64,000 nucleotides of DNA, taken from an uncultured beta proteobacterium (lineage in GTDB: Bacteria; Pseudomonadota; Gammaproteobacteria; Burkholderiales; Casimicrobiaceae). Position numbers and translations under genes: made by a program. The DNA lies in the NCBI GenBank assembly GCA_963821485.1, contig CAWGEB010000012.1, forward strand, positions 21,517-85,516, given 5' to 3'. Position 1 is the first letter of the stretch. Each line of letters starts with the position of its first letter. Under the pieces are notes generated by a model. That model did no database searches and had not been told where the DNA came from. It was given only the letters and a program-made list of their open reading frames with translations. This document shows positions 8,103-18,830 of the stretch, one piece after another.

Positions 8103-10058
8103 TTATGCCTTCACGCCTTCACGCCTTTGTACGTTGCGCGCCTCGCGCCAGTGGCGAATCAGGACCTCGTAGCGCTCGCGCACCTGGCGCTTGAGCGTCG
8201 CGTCGTCGCACGCCCCGGCGAGCCATGCGCGGGAGGCATCGTGAAAGATCGTGCGCCCCACGGCGAACCCTCGGCACGTCCTGCTCGATCGCGCCTCGCG
8301 AAAGCCGGCGATGAGCTCTTCGACCGGCGCCGCCAGGCCGAGCAATACGACGCCGCGGCAATACGGGTCGCGTTCGTGGATCAGCGCATCGACGCCCTGC
8401 CACTGCGCGGCCGACATCGGCTCGAGTTTCCACCATTCGGGATAGATGCCGAGATTGTAAAGTCGCTTCATCGCCCGCAGCACGGTGTCCGGTGCGCGGG
8501 GTGGATTCGCCGGCGGAATGATCTCCAGCAGCAGTTCGTGTCCGCTCGCCTGCGTCGCCTGGTACAACGCTGCGATCTGCGCTTCCTGTTCCAGGCGATG
8601 GTCGATATCGTCGTCGGGGTGGTACTTCACCAGGCACTTGACGATGTGCTCGCGCGGCCAGCTGATGAGCTGCGTGCCGATCGAGCGCCCACGCTCGAAC
8701 TCGAGCGGATTGGAGCCGGGCAATTCGACCGGCCGGCCGATCCACCAGCCGCGGCCGGTGGCGGCGTTGAGCGCGTCCTGTCCGTAGCGATCGTCGCACA
8801 GCAGTCCGATCCGCCCGTGCAGCTCGAGCGCGGATTCGGTATCGGCGACCGCTTCGACGAACAGTTGCTTGAGCCGGCCGATGCGCGCTTCATCGACCCC
8901 CGCCTCCTGCGCCAGCGCGAAGAACGGGTTGCGATGATCGAAGGCGAAGGCGAAGACTTCGTCGTGCGGCGTGCGCGGCGCCGTCACGCGGTGCAGGCGC
9001 GTGAGCATCGCGTCCTGGTCAGGGCGCGGAATGTCCGCGGCATTGGCGAGAAAGTAGTCGAGCTCGATCCGGGTCGGCATCGCCGGTGCGCAGGCGTGGC
9101 GCGAAACGACGAGCGCCCCGCAGGCGTTGGCGTAGCGGCAGCAGGCGTCGTAGTCCTCGCCGCGCACCCATCCGGAAAGAAACCCCGACGAAAATGCGTC
9201 GCCCGCGCCGAGCACGTTGAGCACCGCGACGTTGACGCCCCTGCCGTTGTAAGCGTCGTCGAGCGAGCGTGGAATCGCGCCGTCGATCACCGCGCAGCCC
9301 AATGGTCCGCGCTTGACGACCAGTACCGCGCTGCTGACCGCGCGCACCGCGGCCAGCGAGGCCATGATGTCGGTGCTGCCGCCGGCGATGTTGAATTCCT
9401 CGATGGTGCCGATGGCGAGATCGATCTTGGGCAGGATGCGCTGCAGGTGCGCGGTGACCGTGTCGGAGCGGATGTAGCGCGTCTCGCCATCACCGCGATT
9501 GGTCAACCCCCACAGCACCGGCCGATAGTCGATGTCGAGCACCGTGCGCACGTCGTGACTGCGCGCGCGGTCGAGCGCGAGATTGCTGATGCGATTGATG
9601 TGCTCGGTCGAGAAATGCGTGCCGGTGATGAGCAGGGCGCGGCTGCTGGCAATGAAGGCTTCGTCGATGTCGGCCTCGGTGATGGCCATGTCGGCGCAGT
9701 TCTCGCGCATGAAGATGAGCGGAAAGGTATCCTTGTCCTTGATTCCGAGGACCACTGCGCCGGTGAGGCGTTCCGGGTCGACGCTGACATGGCTGACATC
9801 GCAGCCTTCACGCGCGATGGTCTCGACCAGAAAGCGGCCGTTGCCGTCGTTGCCGACGCGCGAGATCAGCGCGGCATTGAGGCCGAGGCGGGCACAGCCG
9901 AAGGCGGTATTGGCGGATGAACCGCCCAGATACTTGGCGAAGCTGGTGACGTCCTCGAGCCGCGCGCCGATCTGCTGGGCGTAGAAGTCGACCGCGAAGC
10001 GGCCGAGGCAGATCACATCGAGCGCGCGGTTGGGCGCAAACCGGGTGGAATTTCGCAT
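8103..10058 (-). CDS. iolC: bifunctional 5-dehydro-2-deoxygluconokinase (IolC, PfkB family) fused to a DUF2090/IolJ-like aldolase domain
   Basis: The N-terminal half is PfkB ribokinase-like (VICLGRFAVDFY...GAGDAF). A C-terminal extension of about 300 aa is as seen in proteobacterial IolC fusions. ATG at 10058 (MRNSTRF). Confidence 0.8.
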   Translation of the reverse strand: MRNSTRFAPNRALDVICLGRFAVDFYAQQIGARLEDVTSFAKYLGGSSANTAFGCARLGLNAALISRVGNDGNGRFLVETIAREGCDVSHVSVDPERLTGAVVLGIKDKDTFPLIFMRENCADMAITEADIDEAFIASSRALLITGTHFSTEHINRISNLALDRARSHDVRTVLDIDYRPVLWGLTNRGDGETRYIRSDTVTAHLQRILPKIDLAIGTIEEFNIAGGSTDIMASLAAVRAVSSAVLVVKRGPLGCAVIDGAIPRSLDDAYNGRGVNVAVLNVLGAGDAFSSGFLSGWVRGEDYDACCRYANACGALVVSRHACAPAMPTRIELDYFLANAADIPRPDQDAMLTRLHRVTAPRTPHDEVFAFAFDHRNPFFALAQEAGVDEARIGRLKQLFVEAVADTESALELHGRIGLLCDDRYGQDALNAATGRGWWIGRPVELPGSNPLEFERGRSIGTQLISWPREHIVKCLVKYHPDDDIDHRLEQEAQIAALYQATQASGHELLLEIIPPANPPRAPDTVLRAMKRLYNLGIYPEWWKLEPMSAAQWQGVDALIHERDPYCRGVVLLGLAAPVEELIAGFREARSSRTCRGFAVGRTIFHDASRAWLAGACDDATLKRQVRERYEVLIRHWREARNVQRREGVKA

Positions 10059-10177
10059 GGTCTGTCGAAGCTGGCGGGTCGTCCGGCCCGCCCTGCCGTT
10101 ATGGCTTATGATGCTGAGCGCGGCGCAGGCGCTCACTGTATCGCGTCCCAGTAATTCCGGCCATACCCGAGGAGCCG

Positions 10178-10972
10178 ATGTCGATCACCGCCCGCTACGC
10201 CGCTGCGCAGGCCATCGCCGCCAAGGCGGGCCGCGTTGCGCATGACTACTTCGTTCGTCGCGGCACCCTGGCGGTCGAGGCCAAGGGTGCGCAGGACTTC
10301 GTCAGCCACGCCGATCGCGCTGTCGAGGCGCTGATCCAGGCCGAGATCCATCGCGATTTTCCCGACGATGCGTTCCTGGGCGAGGAGACTGCGGGCAGTT
10401 TTTCGGGCTCGGATGCCAGTCTGTGGGTGGTCGATCCGATCGACGGCACGCACAACTTCCTGCGCGGTGCGCGCTACTACTGCGTGTCGATTGCCTACGT
10501 CGAACAGGGTCGACGCGAAATCGGCGTGGTCTGCGACCCCGAGCACGACGAGCTGTTTCATGCGCGGCGGGGCCACGGCGCATGGTGCACGCGCGGCGGG
10601 AGCGAGGAGCGGTTGCGCGCCAGCACCTGCGACGCGCTGTCGCGCGCCTTCGTCTGCTTTGGTCATCACGACCGCGGTCCGGAGCCGCGCTACATCGCCA
10701 TACGGCAGAGGCTGATGGACAACGGCGTGGCGATGCGCAACATGGGTGCGGGGGCCTTGCAGCTCGCGCACGTCGCCGCCGGCCGCTACGACGGCTTCGT
10801 GGAGTTGTCGCTCAACGCGTGGGACGCGATGGCCGGATTGTTGCTGACCGAGGAAGCCGGAGGCTTCGCCGCGCCGTTCCCGGGCCCGCAGGGCCTTAGC
10901 GTGCCGGCGCCGGTGCTCGCTTGCGCGCCCGGCATCGCCACGGCGCTGACCGAGCTTGTCGGCGTGTGGTAG
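10178..10972 (+). CDS. inositol monophosphatase family protein
   Basis: Motifs FLGEE, WVVDPIDGTHNF and WDAMAG. 264 aa, divergent from the iol operon. Confidence 0.85.
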   Translation: MSITARYAAAQAIAAKAGRVAHDYFVRRGTLAVEAKGAQDFVSHADRAVEALIQAEIHRDFPDDAFLGEETAGSFSGSDASLWVVDPIDGTHNFLRGARYYCVSIAYVEQGRREIGVVCDPEHDELFHARRGHGAWCTRGGSEERLRASTCDALSRAFVCFGHHDRGPEPRYIAIRQRLMDNGVAMRNMGAGALQLAHVAAGRYDGFVELSLNAWDAMAGLLLTEEAGGFAAPFPGPQGLSVPAPVLACAPGIATALTELVGVW

Positions 10973-10987
10973 CGGTGTGGTGTGCGT

Positions 10988-13731
10988 CTACTGCTTCTTC
11001 GCGAAGTCCCCGGCGAAGAATGCGGCGAACGCGTCCGGCTTGACGTGCCTGCGAAACGCCGCGTTGACCTGATCGGGCGTCAGCGCTTCGATGGCCTTGT
11101 CCACTTCGCCGGCGAACGCAAAGGTGCGCCCGAGGTAGGCCTGGTCCGCCAATCCGCCCGCCAGCCCCGCGTCCTGGCTGCGCGCGAGCTTGCGTTGCTG
11201 CATGACCGCGTCCTTGGACGCCGTCACCTCCTCCGCGCTAAAGCCGTCGCGCAGCGCGCGATCGAGCTCCTCCTGCACGCCGGTGCGCAGTCGCCCCAGG
11301 TTTTCCGGCGCATACAACGCCAGGATCGACAAGGCGCCGTTTTGCTCGAAGCTGCTCACGCGCAGCCCCGAGTTGATGCCGTAGCTGATGCCGTCCTTCT
11401 GGCGGACGCGGTTATTCAATCGTGAACCGTCTGCGCCACCGAAGATGTGGTTCGCGACCAGCATCGCGGCGTAGTCCGGATCCTTGTCGTTGAGCGCGAA
11501 CGCTGTCTGCTCGTAGAAGAATGCATTCGCCTTGTCCGGCATCTCGATCGTCTCGGCCGTCGGCTTTTTCACGATCAGCGGTTGAGGTACGCGGGCATAG
11601 GGCGCAGGCGAGGCCCACGCACCGAACAGGCGCTCGAGCTGCGCCTTGACCGCGGGCGCATCGAAATCGCCGACGATGGCGATCTCGGCGGCGGACGCAC
11701 CATAGAATTCGCGGTGGAAGCGCTTCAGCGCCTCGACGTCGGGCGCTTGCAGCTCGGCGATTTCCTCGTCGACCGTTGGGGCGTAGCGATCGTCGCCTTT
11801 GGGATAGGGATTGCCGTAGCGTTGCTGCGCACGAACGACGGTGGATCGCGGGTCGGCACGACTCTGCTCGAGCCTGGCGATGGAGGCGCGCTTGAGCGTT
11901 TCGAGTTCGGTCGCCGGAAACGCCGGTGTCTGCAACACTTCCGCGAGCAGGTCCAGCGTCGGCGCGACGTTAGCGCGCACGGTCTGCGCGCTGGCGGAGG
12001 CGCCGGTCTGGCCGCCCTGCACCGCCAGCGTGGCCTTCAGCTTGTCCAGCGTGTCCTCGATTTCCTGGCGGCTGTGCTTGGTCGTTCCGCGCATGAGCAT
12101 GCCGCCGGTGAGCGTCGCCGGGCCGGACTTGCCGAAGACCGACGCGACGTCGCCGTAGTGCAGGCGCAGCGAGAGATTCACCGTTTCGCCCCGCGTCTTT
12201 TTCGGCAGCAGCACGACTTTCATGCCGTTGGCGAGCGTGAAACGCTGGGCGCGAACGTCGAGATTGGCCGGCGTCGCATCGAAAGCTTCCCCCGGCGCCA
12301 CGGCGGGATCGCCCTTGTAGTCCTTCACCATCGCGGCGATATCGACGGTCGGTGGCACCGGCGAACGATCAGGCGTGGCATCCGGAATGAATTCGCCGAC
12401 GGTGCGGTTGGCGGGCTTGAAGTAGGCGGTTGCGACGCGATCGACATCGGCCGGCGTCAGCTTGCGCCACTGGTCGCGCCGCAGGAAATACAGGCGCCAG
12501 TCGCCGGCGGCGATTGCCTCCGACAAGGCGATGCCCAGGCGCTGCGGATCGTTCAGGCTCTCGTCGATTTCCTTGAGGTTCTTGGTACGCACGCGATCGA
12601 GCTCGACCGCCGTGAACGGCTGCTGCCTGACGCCTTCGATGGTCTGCAGCATCGCAACGCGTGCCGCGTCGATCGGGTCCTTTTCCGGCACCTGGGCCAG
12701 GAACATCACAAACCCGGGATCGTAGCCGAAAAAGAAATAGTCGCTGATCGACGAGGCTTTCCTGCTCTCGACCAGCGACGTGTACAGCCGTCCGCCGGGG
12801 GTCAGCGCCATGATGTCGGTGGCGGCTTCGAGCGCCACCGCATCCGGATGCGCGCCGGGGACGGTGTGATACATCGCGGACAGCCATTGCGTGTTGGCGA
12901 CGCGGCGCGCCACGATTTGCCGGTCGCCGTCCTGCACTGGCTCGTCGGTGTACAGCTTGGGCAGGACCCGGGTCGGTCTGGGGATCGTGCCGAAATATTT
13001 GGTCACCAACGCGAGCGTCTTGTCGGAATCGAAAGCGCCGGCGATCACCATGACGGCGTTGTCCGGCTGATAGTAGTTTCGGTAGAAGGCCTGCAGGCGT
13101 CCGATGTCGACGCGCTCGACGTCGCTGCGCGCGCCGATCGTGTTCTTGCCGTAGTTGTGCCAGTCGAACCCTGCCGCAAGCGTGCGCTCAATCAGGACGC
13201 GCTGCGGAGCGGTTTCGCCCATTTCCATTTCGTTGCGCACGACTGTCATTTCGGAGTCGAGATCCGCGCGCGATACCTTGGAATTGACCATGCGGTCGGC
13301 CTCCATCGCCAGCGTCCAATCGAGGTTGGCGTCGGAGGAGGTGAAGGTCTCGAAATAATTGGTTCGATCGTAGTAGGTGCTCCCATTAAAGTTCATGCCG
13401 CGCTGCGCGAGCGCGGCCATGATGTTGCCGTTGGTCGGCGTGCCCTTGAACAGCATGTGCTCGAGCAGGTGCGCCATGCCGGTCTCGCCGTAGTTCTCCA
13501 TGCGCGAGCCGACCAGGTAGGTGACGTTGACCGTGGTCTTCGGCTCGCGACGGATCGGGGAACAGCAGCACGCGCAAGCCGTTGGCGAGCGTGTACTCGG
13601 TAATGCCGTCCACGGTCGCGCCCTGGGTCACGCCGGGCGGCAGCGCGAAGGCCGCGCTGGCGAAACAGCGCGAGGAATGTGCACAGCGCAACATGGCGCC
13701 AGGCCGCGCGCAATGCAGGAATCGAAGTCAT
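10988..13731 (-). pseudogene. M16-family (pitrilysin/insulinase-like) secreted zinc peptidase, frameshifted near 13549 and possibly again near 13660
   Basis: The main frame (837 aa) starts within the domain at [20 protein letters not shown] (HxxEH). The preceding ...[20 protein letters not shown] lies in another frame. A canonical signal peptide ([23 protein letters not shown]) lies in the third frame. The span 10988..13731 is 3n+2; 10988..13694 is 3n+1. Confidence 0.8.
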
Positions 13732-13816
13732 GGCAGGGAGGAGGTTCGGTTAGGGGCTGGAGTATAGCGACCCTAAGACCGACGACCCTGCCCAGGGTTC
13801 CGTGGGCCGAGATTGT

Positions 13817-13845
13817 TTGACGTTTACGTAAACGTAATGTAGTGT
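13817..13845 (+). promoter_or_regulatory. putative sigma70-type promoter of icmF overlapped by a perfect 16-bp palindrome
   Basis: TTGACG (13817-13822), 17 nt, then TAGTGT (13840-13845). The palindrome ACGTTTACGTAAACGT spans 13820-13835. It lies about 80 nt upstream of the icmF GTG. Confidence 0.45.
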
Positions 13846-13921
13846 GTTCGCTGCGTGTCCGGGCGAGTAAGCTAGCCATCCCGCCCACGCAAGAGGCGAT
13901 GCCGTCCGAGGAGAGTCGCAC

Positions 13922-16900
13922 GTGAACGACGTCTCGATCGCGAAGAAACCCCTGGTGGTCAAACCGCAGCACAAGATCCGGTTTGTCACCGCCGCCAGTC
14001 TGTTCGACGGGCACGACGCGTCGATCAACATCATGCGCCGCATCCTGCAGGCGACCGGATGCGAAGTCATCCACCTCGGTCACAACCGCTCGGTCGACGA
14101 AATCGTCACCTGTGCGCTGCAGGAGGACGCGCACGGCATCGCCATCTCGTCCTACCAGGGTGGCCATGTCGAATTCTTCAAGTACATGCTCGACCTGTTG
14201 CGCGAACGCGGCGGCGCCAACATCAAGGTCTTCGGCGGGGGCGGCGGCGTCATCGTCGCCGACGAGATCGATGCGCTGCACCGCTACGGCGTCACGCGCA
14301 TCTTCACGCCGGAAGACGGTGCGCGGCTCGGCCTGCAGGGCATGATCAACGAGATCGTGACCGCCTGCGATGCCGACCTGGCGCAGGACCTGCCGCAGGA
14401 CCTGAGCGCACTCAAAGGCGGTGACCGCCGCGTACTCGCCCGCTTCATCACCGGTCTCGAGGCCGAGGCGGTACCCGCGAAGCTCCGCGACGAACTATTG
14501 CGCATAGCGGAGGCGTCCAAGGCGCCGGTCCTCGGCGTTACCGGCACGGGCGGCGCCGGTAAGTCATCACTCACCGACGAACTCATACGCCGCTTCAGGC
14601 TGGACCAGGACGACAAGCTGCGGATCGCGGTCATTTCCATCGATCCCTCGCGGCGCAAGTCCGGCGGCGCGCTGCTGGGTGATCGCATCCGCATGAACGC
14701 GATCCACCACCCGAACATCTACATGCGCTCGATGGCCACGCGCGACTCATTTGCCTCACCCGGCAGCGAAATCTCTAAATCGCTGCCCGACGCCATCGCG
14801 GCATGCAAGGCGGCTGGCTTTGACCTGATCGTGGTCGAAACCTCGGGCATCGGCCAGGGCGACGCGGCGATCGTGCCCCTGGTCGACGTATCGCTCTACG
14901 TCATGACACCGGAGTTCGGCGCGGCGAGCCAGCTGGAGAAGATCGACATGCTCGATTTCGCCGACTTCGTCGCGATCAACAAGTTCGACCGCAAGGGCGC
15001 GGCCGACGCGCTGCGCGACGTGCGCAAGCAATACCAGCGCAATCGCGAGCTGTTCAAGCAGGCGCCCGACACCATGCCGGTGTTCGGGACGATCGCGGCG
15101 AGATTCAACGACGACGGCGTCACCGCGCTCTACCAGGCGCTGGGCGAACGCCTGACGCTGGAAGGATTGAAGCTCGGTCCGGGCAAGTTGCCGCCGATCG
15201 CGACTCGCGCGTCGACGGCTCAGAACGTCATCGTCCCGCCGGCACGTTCTCGCTATCTCGCCGATATCGCGGAGACGGTGCGCGGATATCACGGCTGGGC
15301 GCAGGCGCAGGCGAAGGTCGCGCGTGAACGACAGCAGCTGACGGCGGCGCGCGCGATGGTGGACGAGAACCTGCCCTACAAGGAGCGGCTGGCCGCCAGT
15401 GAGCATGTGTCGGACGTCGAAGCGGCGCGACAGCTCATGGTCGCCACCACGAGCACGGAGCACATGCTCGACGCGCTCATCGACGAGCGCGAAAAGCGCC
15501 TCGAACCTCGGGCGCGCAAGCTTCTCGCCATGTGGCCGCAGACGAAGGCGGCGTATACCGGCGACGAATACGTGGTCAAGATCCGCGGCAAGGAAATCCG
15601 TTCCGCGCTAACCACCGTTTCGCTCTCCGGCACGCACGTGCCCAAGGTCGCGTTGCCGAAGTACGAGGACGACGGCGAAATCCTGCGCTGGCAGTTGACG
15701 GAGAATGTGCCCGGCAGCTTCCCGTTCACGGCCGGCGTGTTCGCGTTCAAGCGCGAGAACGAGGACCCCACACGCATGTTCGCAGGCGAGGGCGACGCGT
15801 TCCGCACCAACAAGCGCTTTCACCTGCTGGCCGACAATATGCCGGCCAAGCGCCTGTCGACCGCGTTCGATTCCGTCACGCTTTACGGCAACGACCCGGC
15901 GATTCGCCCCGACATCTACGGCAAGGTCGGCAACTCGGGCGTGTCCATCGCGACGCTCGACGACATGAAGGTCCTCTATTCCGGCTTCGACCTGTGCGAC
16001 CCGAAGACCTCGGTGTCGATGACCATCAACGGCCCGGCGCCGACGATCCTTGCCTTCTACATGAACACGGCGATCGACCAGCAGCATGACAAGTTCCGCG
16101 AGGAGAACAAGCGCGAGCCGACCGACGACGAGGCGCAGAAGATAAAAGCCTGGGCGCTGTCGACCGTGCGCGGCACGGTGCAGGCCGACATCCTCAAGGA
16201 GGACCAGGGCCAGAACACGTGCATCTTCTCCACCGAGTTCAGCCTCAAGGTGATGGGCGACATCCAGGAATACTTCGTCCAGCACGACGTGAAGAATTTC
16301 TACTCGGTATCGATTTCCGGTTACCACATCGCCGAAGCCGGCGCGAACCCGATCAGCCAGCTCGCGTTCACGCTGTCCAACGGCTTCACCTTCGTCGAGG
16401 CGTATCTGGCGCGCGGCATGCATATCGACGACTTCGCGCCGAACCTGTCGTTCTTCTTCAGTTACGGCATGGACCCCGAGTACGCGGTGATCGGCCGGGT
16501 CGCACGCCGCATCTGGGCGGTGGCGATGCGCGAGCGCTACGGCGCCAACGAGCGCAGCCAGAAGCTCAAGTTCCATTCGCAGACCTCGGGACGCAGTCTC
16601 CACGCGCAGGAAATCTCGTTCAACGACATCCGCACCACGCTGCAGGCACTGATCTCGACCTACGACAACACCAACAGCCTGCACACCAATGCCTACGACG
16701 AGGCGATCACCACGCCGACCGAGGAGTCGGTGCGGCGCGCGATGGCGATCCAGCTGATCATCAACCGCGAATGGGGCATCGGCAAGAACGAGAATCCGAA
16801 TCAGGGCAGCTTCATCATCGAGGAGTTGACCGATCTGGTCGAGGAGGCGGTGCTCAAGGAATTCGAGGCGATCTCCGAACGCGGCGGCGTGCTGGGTGCG

Positions 16901-17269
16901 ATGGAGACCGGCTACCAGCGCGGCAAGATCCAGGAAGAATCCCTCTACTACGAACACCAGAAGCACGACGGCAGCTATCCGATCATCGGGGTCAACACCT
17001 TCCGCAATCCGCATGGCGATCAGACGCCGAAGAAGCTCGAGCTGGCGCGCTCGACCGAAGAAGAGAAGCAGTCGCAGCTGACGCGGCTGGCCGAGTTTCA
17101 CGCGCGCAACGCCAAGGTCGCGCCGCAAGCGCTGGCGAAGCTCAAACGCACGGTGATCGAGAATGGCAACGTCTTCGCCGAGCTGATGAATACCGTGCGC
17201 GTATGCTCGCTCGGACAGATTACCAACGCGTTGTTCGAGGTGGGCGGGGAATACAGGAGGAGCATGTGA
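13922..17269 (+). CDS. icmF: fused isobutyryl-CoA mutase (B12-binding domain + MeaB-like G-protein + mutase catalytic domain)
   Basis: 1115 aa. N-terminal B12 motif [11 protein letters not shown]-loop GTGGAGKSS, and a C-terminal methylmalonyl-CoA-mutase-like barrel. GTG start after GAGGAGAG. Confidence 0.9.
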   Translation: MNDVSIAKKPLVVKPQHKIRFVTAASLFDGHDASINIMRRILQATGCEVIHLGHNRSVDEIVTCALQEDAHGIAISSYQGGHVEFFKYMLDLLRERGGANIKVFGGGGGVIVADEIDALHRYGVTRIFTPEDGARLGLQGMINEIVTACDADLAQDLPQDLSALKGGDRRVLARFITGLEAEAVPAKLRDELLRIAEASKAPVLGVTGTGGAGKSSLTDELIRRFRLDQDDKLRIAVISIDPSRRKSGGALLGDRIRMNAIHHPNIYMRSMATRDSFASPGSEISKSLPDAIAACKAAGFDLIVVETSGIGQGDAAIVPLVDVSLYVMTPEFGAASQLEKIDMLDFADFVAINKFDRKGAADALRDVRKQYQRNRELFKQAPDTMPVFGTIAARFNDDGVTALYQALGERLTLEGLKLGPGKLPPIATRASTAQNVIVPPARSRYLADIAETVRGYHGWAQAQAKVARERQQLTAARAMVDENLPYKERLAASEHVSDVEAARQLMVATTSTEHMLDALIDEREKRLEPRARKLLAMWPQTKAAYTGDEYVVKIRGKEIRSALTTVSLSGTHVPKVALPKYEDDGEILRWQLTENVPGSFPFTAGVFAFKRENEDPTRMFAGEGDAFRTNKRFHLLADNMPAKRLSTAFDSVTLYGNDPAIRPDIYGKVGNSGVSIATLDDMKVLYSGFDLCDPKTSVSMTINGPAPTILAFYMNTAIDQQHDKFREENKREPTDDEAQKIKAWALSTVRGTVQADILKEDQGQNTCIFSTEFSLKVMGDIQEYFVQHDVKNFYSVSISGYHIAEAGANPISQLAFTLSNGFTFVEAYLARGMHIDDFAPNLSFFFSYGMDPEYAVIGRVARRIWAVAMRERYGANERSQKLKFHSQTSGRSLHAQEISFNDIRTTLQALISTYDNTNSLHTNAYDEAITTPTEESVRRAMAIQLIINREWGIGKNENPNQGSFIIEELTDLVEEAVLKEFEAISERGGVLGAMETGYQRGKIQEESLYYEHQKHDGSYPIIGVNTFRNPHGDQTPKKLELARSTEEEKQSQLTRLAEFHARNAKVAPQALAKLKRTVIENGNVFAELMNTVRVCSLGQITNALFEVGGEYRRSM

Positions 17270-17565
17270 GCGCGACGCGGATCGTCATCGTCCTGGCATG
17301 GGTAGCGCTTGGGGTCTCGACCGCGGTCGCCCAATCCGCTGATCAATTACCCGGCGAGCTCTCCGGGAAGTGGACGGCATCCACGCCTCGGGGAACCTTC
17401 ATCGATGCCGTGTCGTTCACCTTCGATGGCAACGGCCAGCCTGGCCCCGTCACGGGGAAGGTGACATTCCGGGGTGTGAATTGCGGCGCGCTGGACGAGC
17501 CGCTGAAAGGCAGCTGGGACGGTTGGACCGACGGTTATGTCCAGTTTTGTTTCAACGGCGTGTGA
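17266..17565 (+). CDS. hypothetical small secreted protein
   Basis: The GTG overlaps the icmF stop (ATGTGA). Signal peptide [24 protein letters not shown]; 99 aa. Followed directly by GGAGG and the next gene. Confidence 0.5.
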   Translation: MSATRIVIVLAWVALGVSTAVAQSADQLPGELSGKWTASTPRGTFIDAVSFTFDGNGQPGPVTGKVTFRGVNCGALDEPLKGSWDGWTDGYVQFCFNGV

Positions 17566-17576
17566 GGAGGTGCACC

Positions 17577-18813
17577 ATGGCGCAAGAAGCGAACGATTCG
17601 TTGGTGAACGGTTCGATGTCCCGCCGCAATATGCTTCGCAGCCTGGGGGCCGTGGCCGGCGCCGCGGTAGCTCGCCCCAGGATTGGTGCGCGCGCAGACC
17701 GCGTCGAGCGGGCCCGTTGCACCTCCGAGTACGATCACCCAGCCGCCGCGCGACTTCAGCGCGCGCGGGGCGCCGACGACCTACTTCACCGATCCCGACG
17801 TCCTCACCGTCGAGCCGGCCTTCAATGGCCTCCGGCAGCCCAACGCCCCGATCCAACGACTGTGGACCGGGGCTTTGTGGTCGGAAGGGCCGGCCTGGAG
17901 TTCGGTGGGTAGGTATCTGGTCTGGAGCGACATTCCAAACAACCGTCAGCTCCGTTGGATCGACGACGACGGCCATGTCAGCGTGTTCCGCGCACCGTCG
18001 AACAACAGCAATGGCAACACCTTCGATTTCCAGGGCCGGCAGCTTTCCTGCGAGCACGTGACGCGGCGCGTGGTGCGGTACGAACTGGACGGTTCGGTGA
18101 CCATCATCGCGTCGCAATTCGATGGCAAGCGGCTGAATTCGCCCAACGACATCGTGCCGCACCCCGACGGCAGCTACTGGTTCACCGACCCGCCGTATGG
18201 CGCGCAGCTCTACGAAGGGACGGTCGATGCCGCGGGCGGCCCCGCGAACAAGGCCGGGCGGCTCAATCCGCGGCTGGGGCAGCCGCCCGAACTCGGCGGC
18301 TACAAGCGCGAGTTGCCCACGAGCGTCTACCGCGTGGACACGAGCGGCAAGGTCGACCTCGTCGTGCGCGAGGATCAGGTCCCCGACCCCAACGGCATTT
18401 GTTTCTCGCCCGACTACAAGAAGCTGTACGTGATCAGCACGGGCCAGGGCCCCGGCGACACGGGTGCGGGCGGGAAGGGCGACATGTACGTGTTCGACGT
18501 TGGATCGGACAACAAGCTGTCCAACGGCAAGCTGTTCAGCAGCTTCATGGTCGACGGCGTGAAGTGCGGGCCGGACGGTGTGCGCGCCGATGTGGATGGC
18601 AACCTCTGGGTGTCGAGCAATGCCGGGCGCAACGTGGGTTACAGCGGGGTGACCGTGTGGACGCCACAGGGTCAGCTCATCGGACGTATCAGGCTGCCCG
18701 AGATCTGCGGCAACGTCTGCTTCGGCGGACCCAAGCGCAATCGCCTGTTCATGGCGGCCAGCCAGTCGCTGTATTCCGTGTACACCGCGACGCAGGGCGC
18801 CGCTCCGGGCTAA
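17577..18813 (+). pseudogene. SMP-30/gluconolactonase/LRE-family protein with Tat signal, frameshifted near 17670
   Basis: ATG 17577 sits 6 nt after GGAGG and encodes MAQEANDSLVNGSMSRRNMLRSLGAVAGAAVA (twin-arginine signal). The beta-propeller body (..LVRAQTASSGP...LNSPNDIV...GPDGVRADVDGNLWV) is in the +1 frame, which is closed by TAG at 17668. The span is 1237 nt (3n+1). Confidence 0.75.
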
Positions 18814-18830
18814 CGCCCAGGTCCTGCGCC

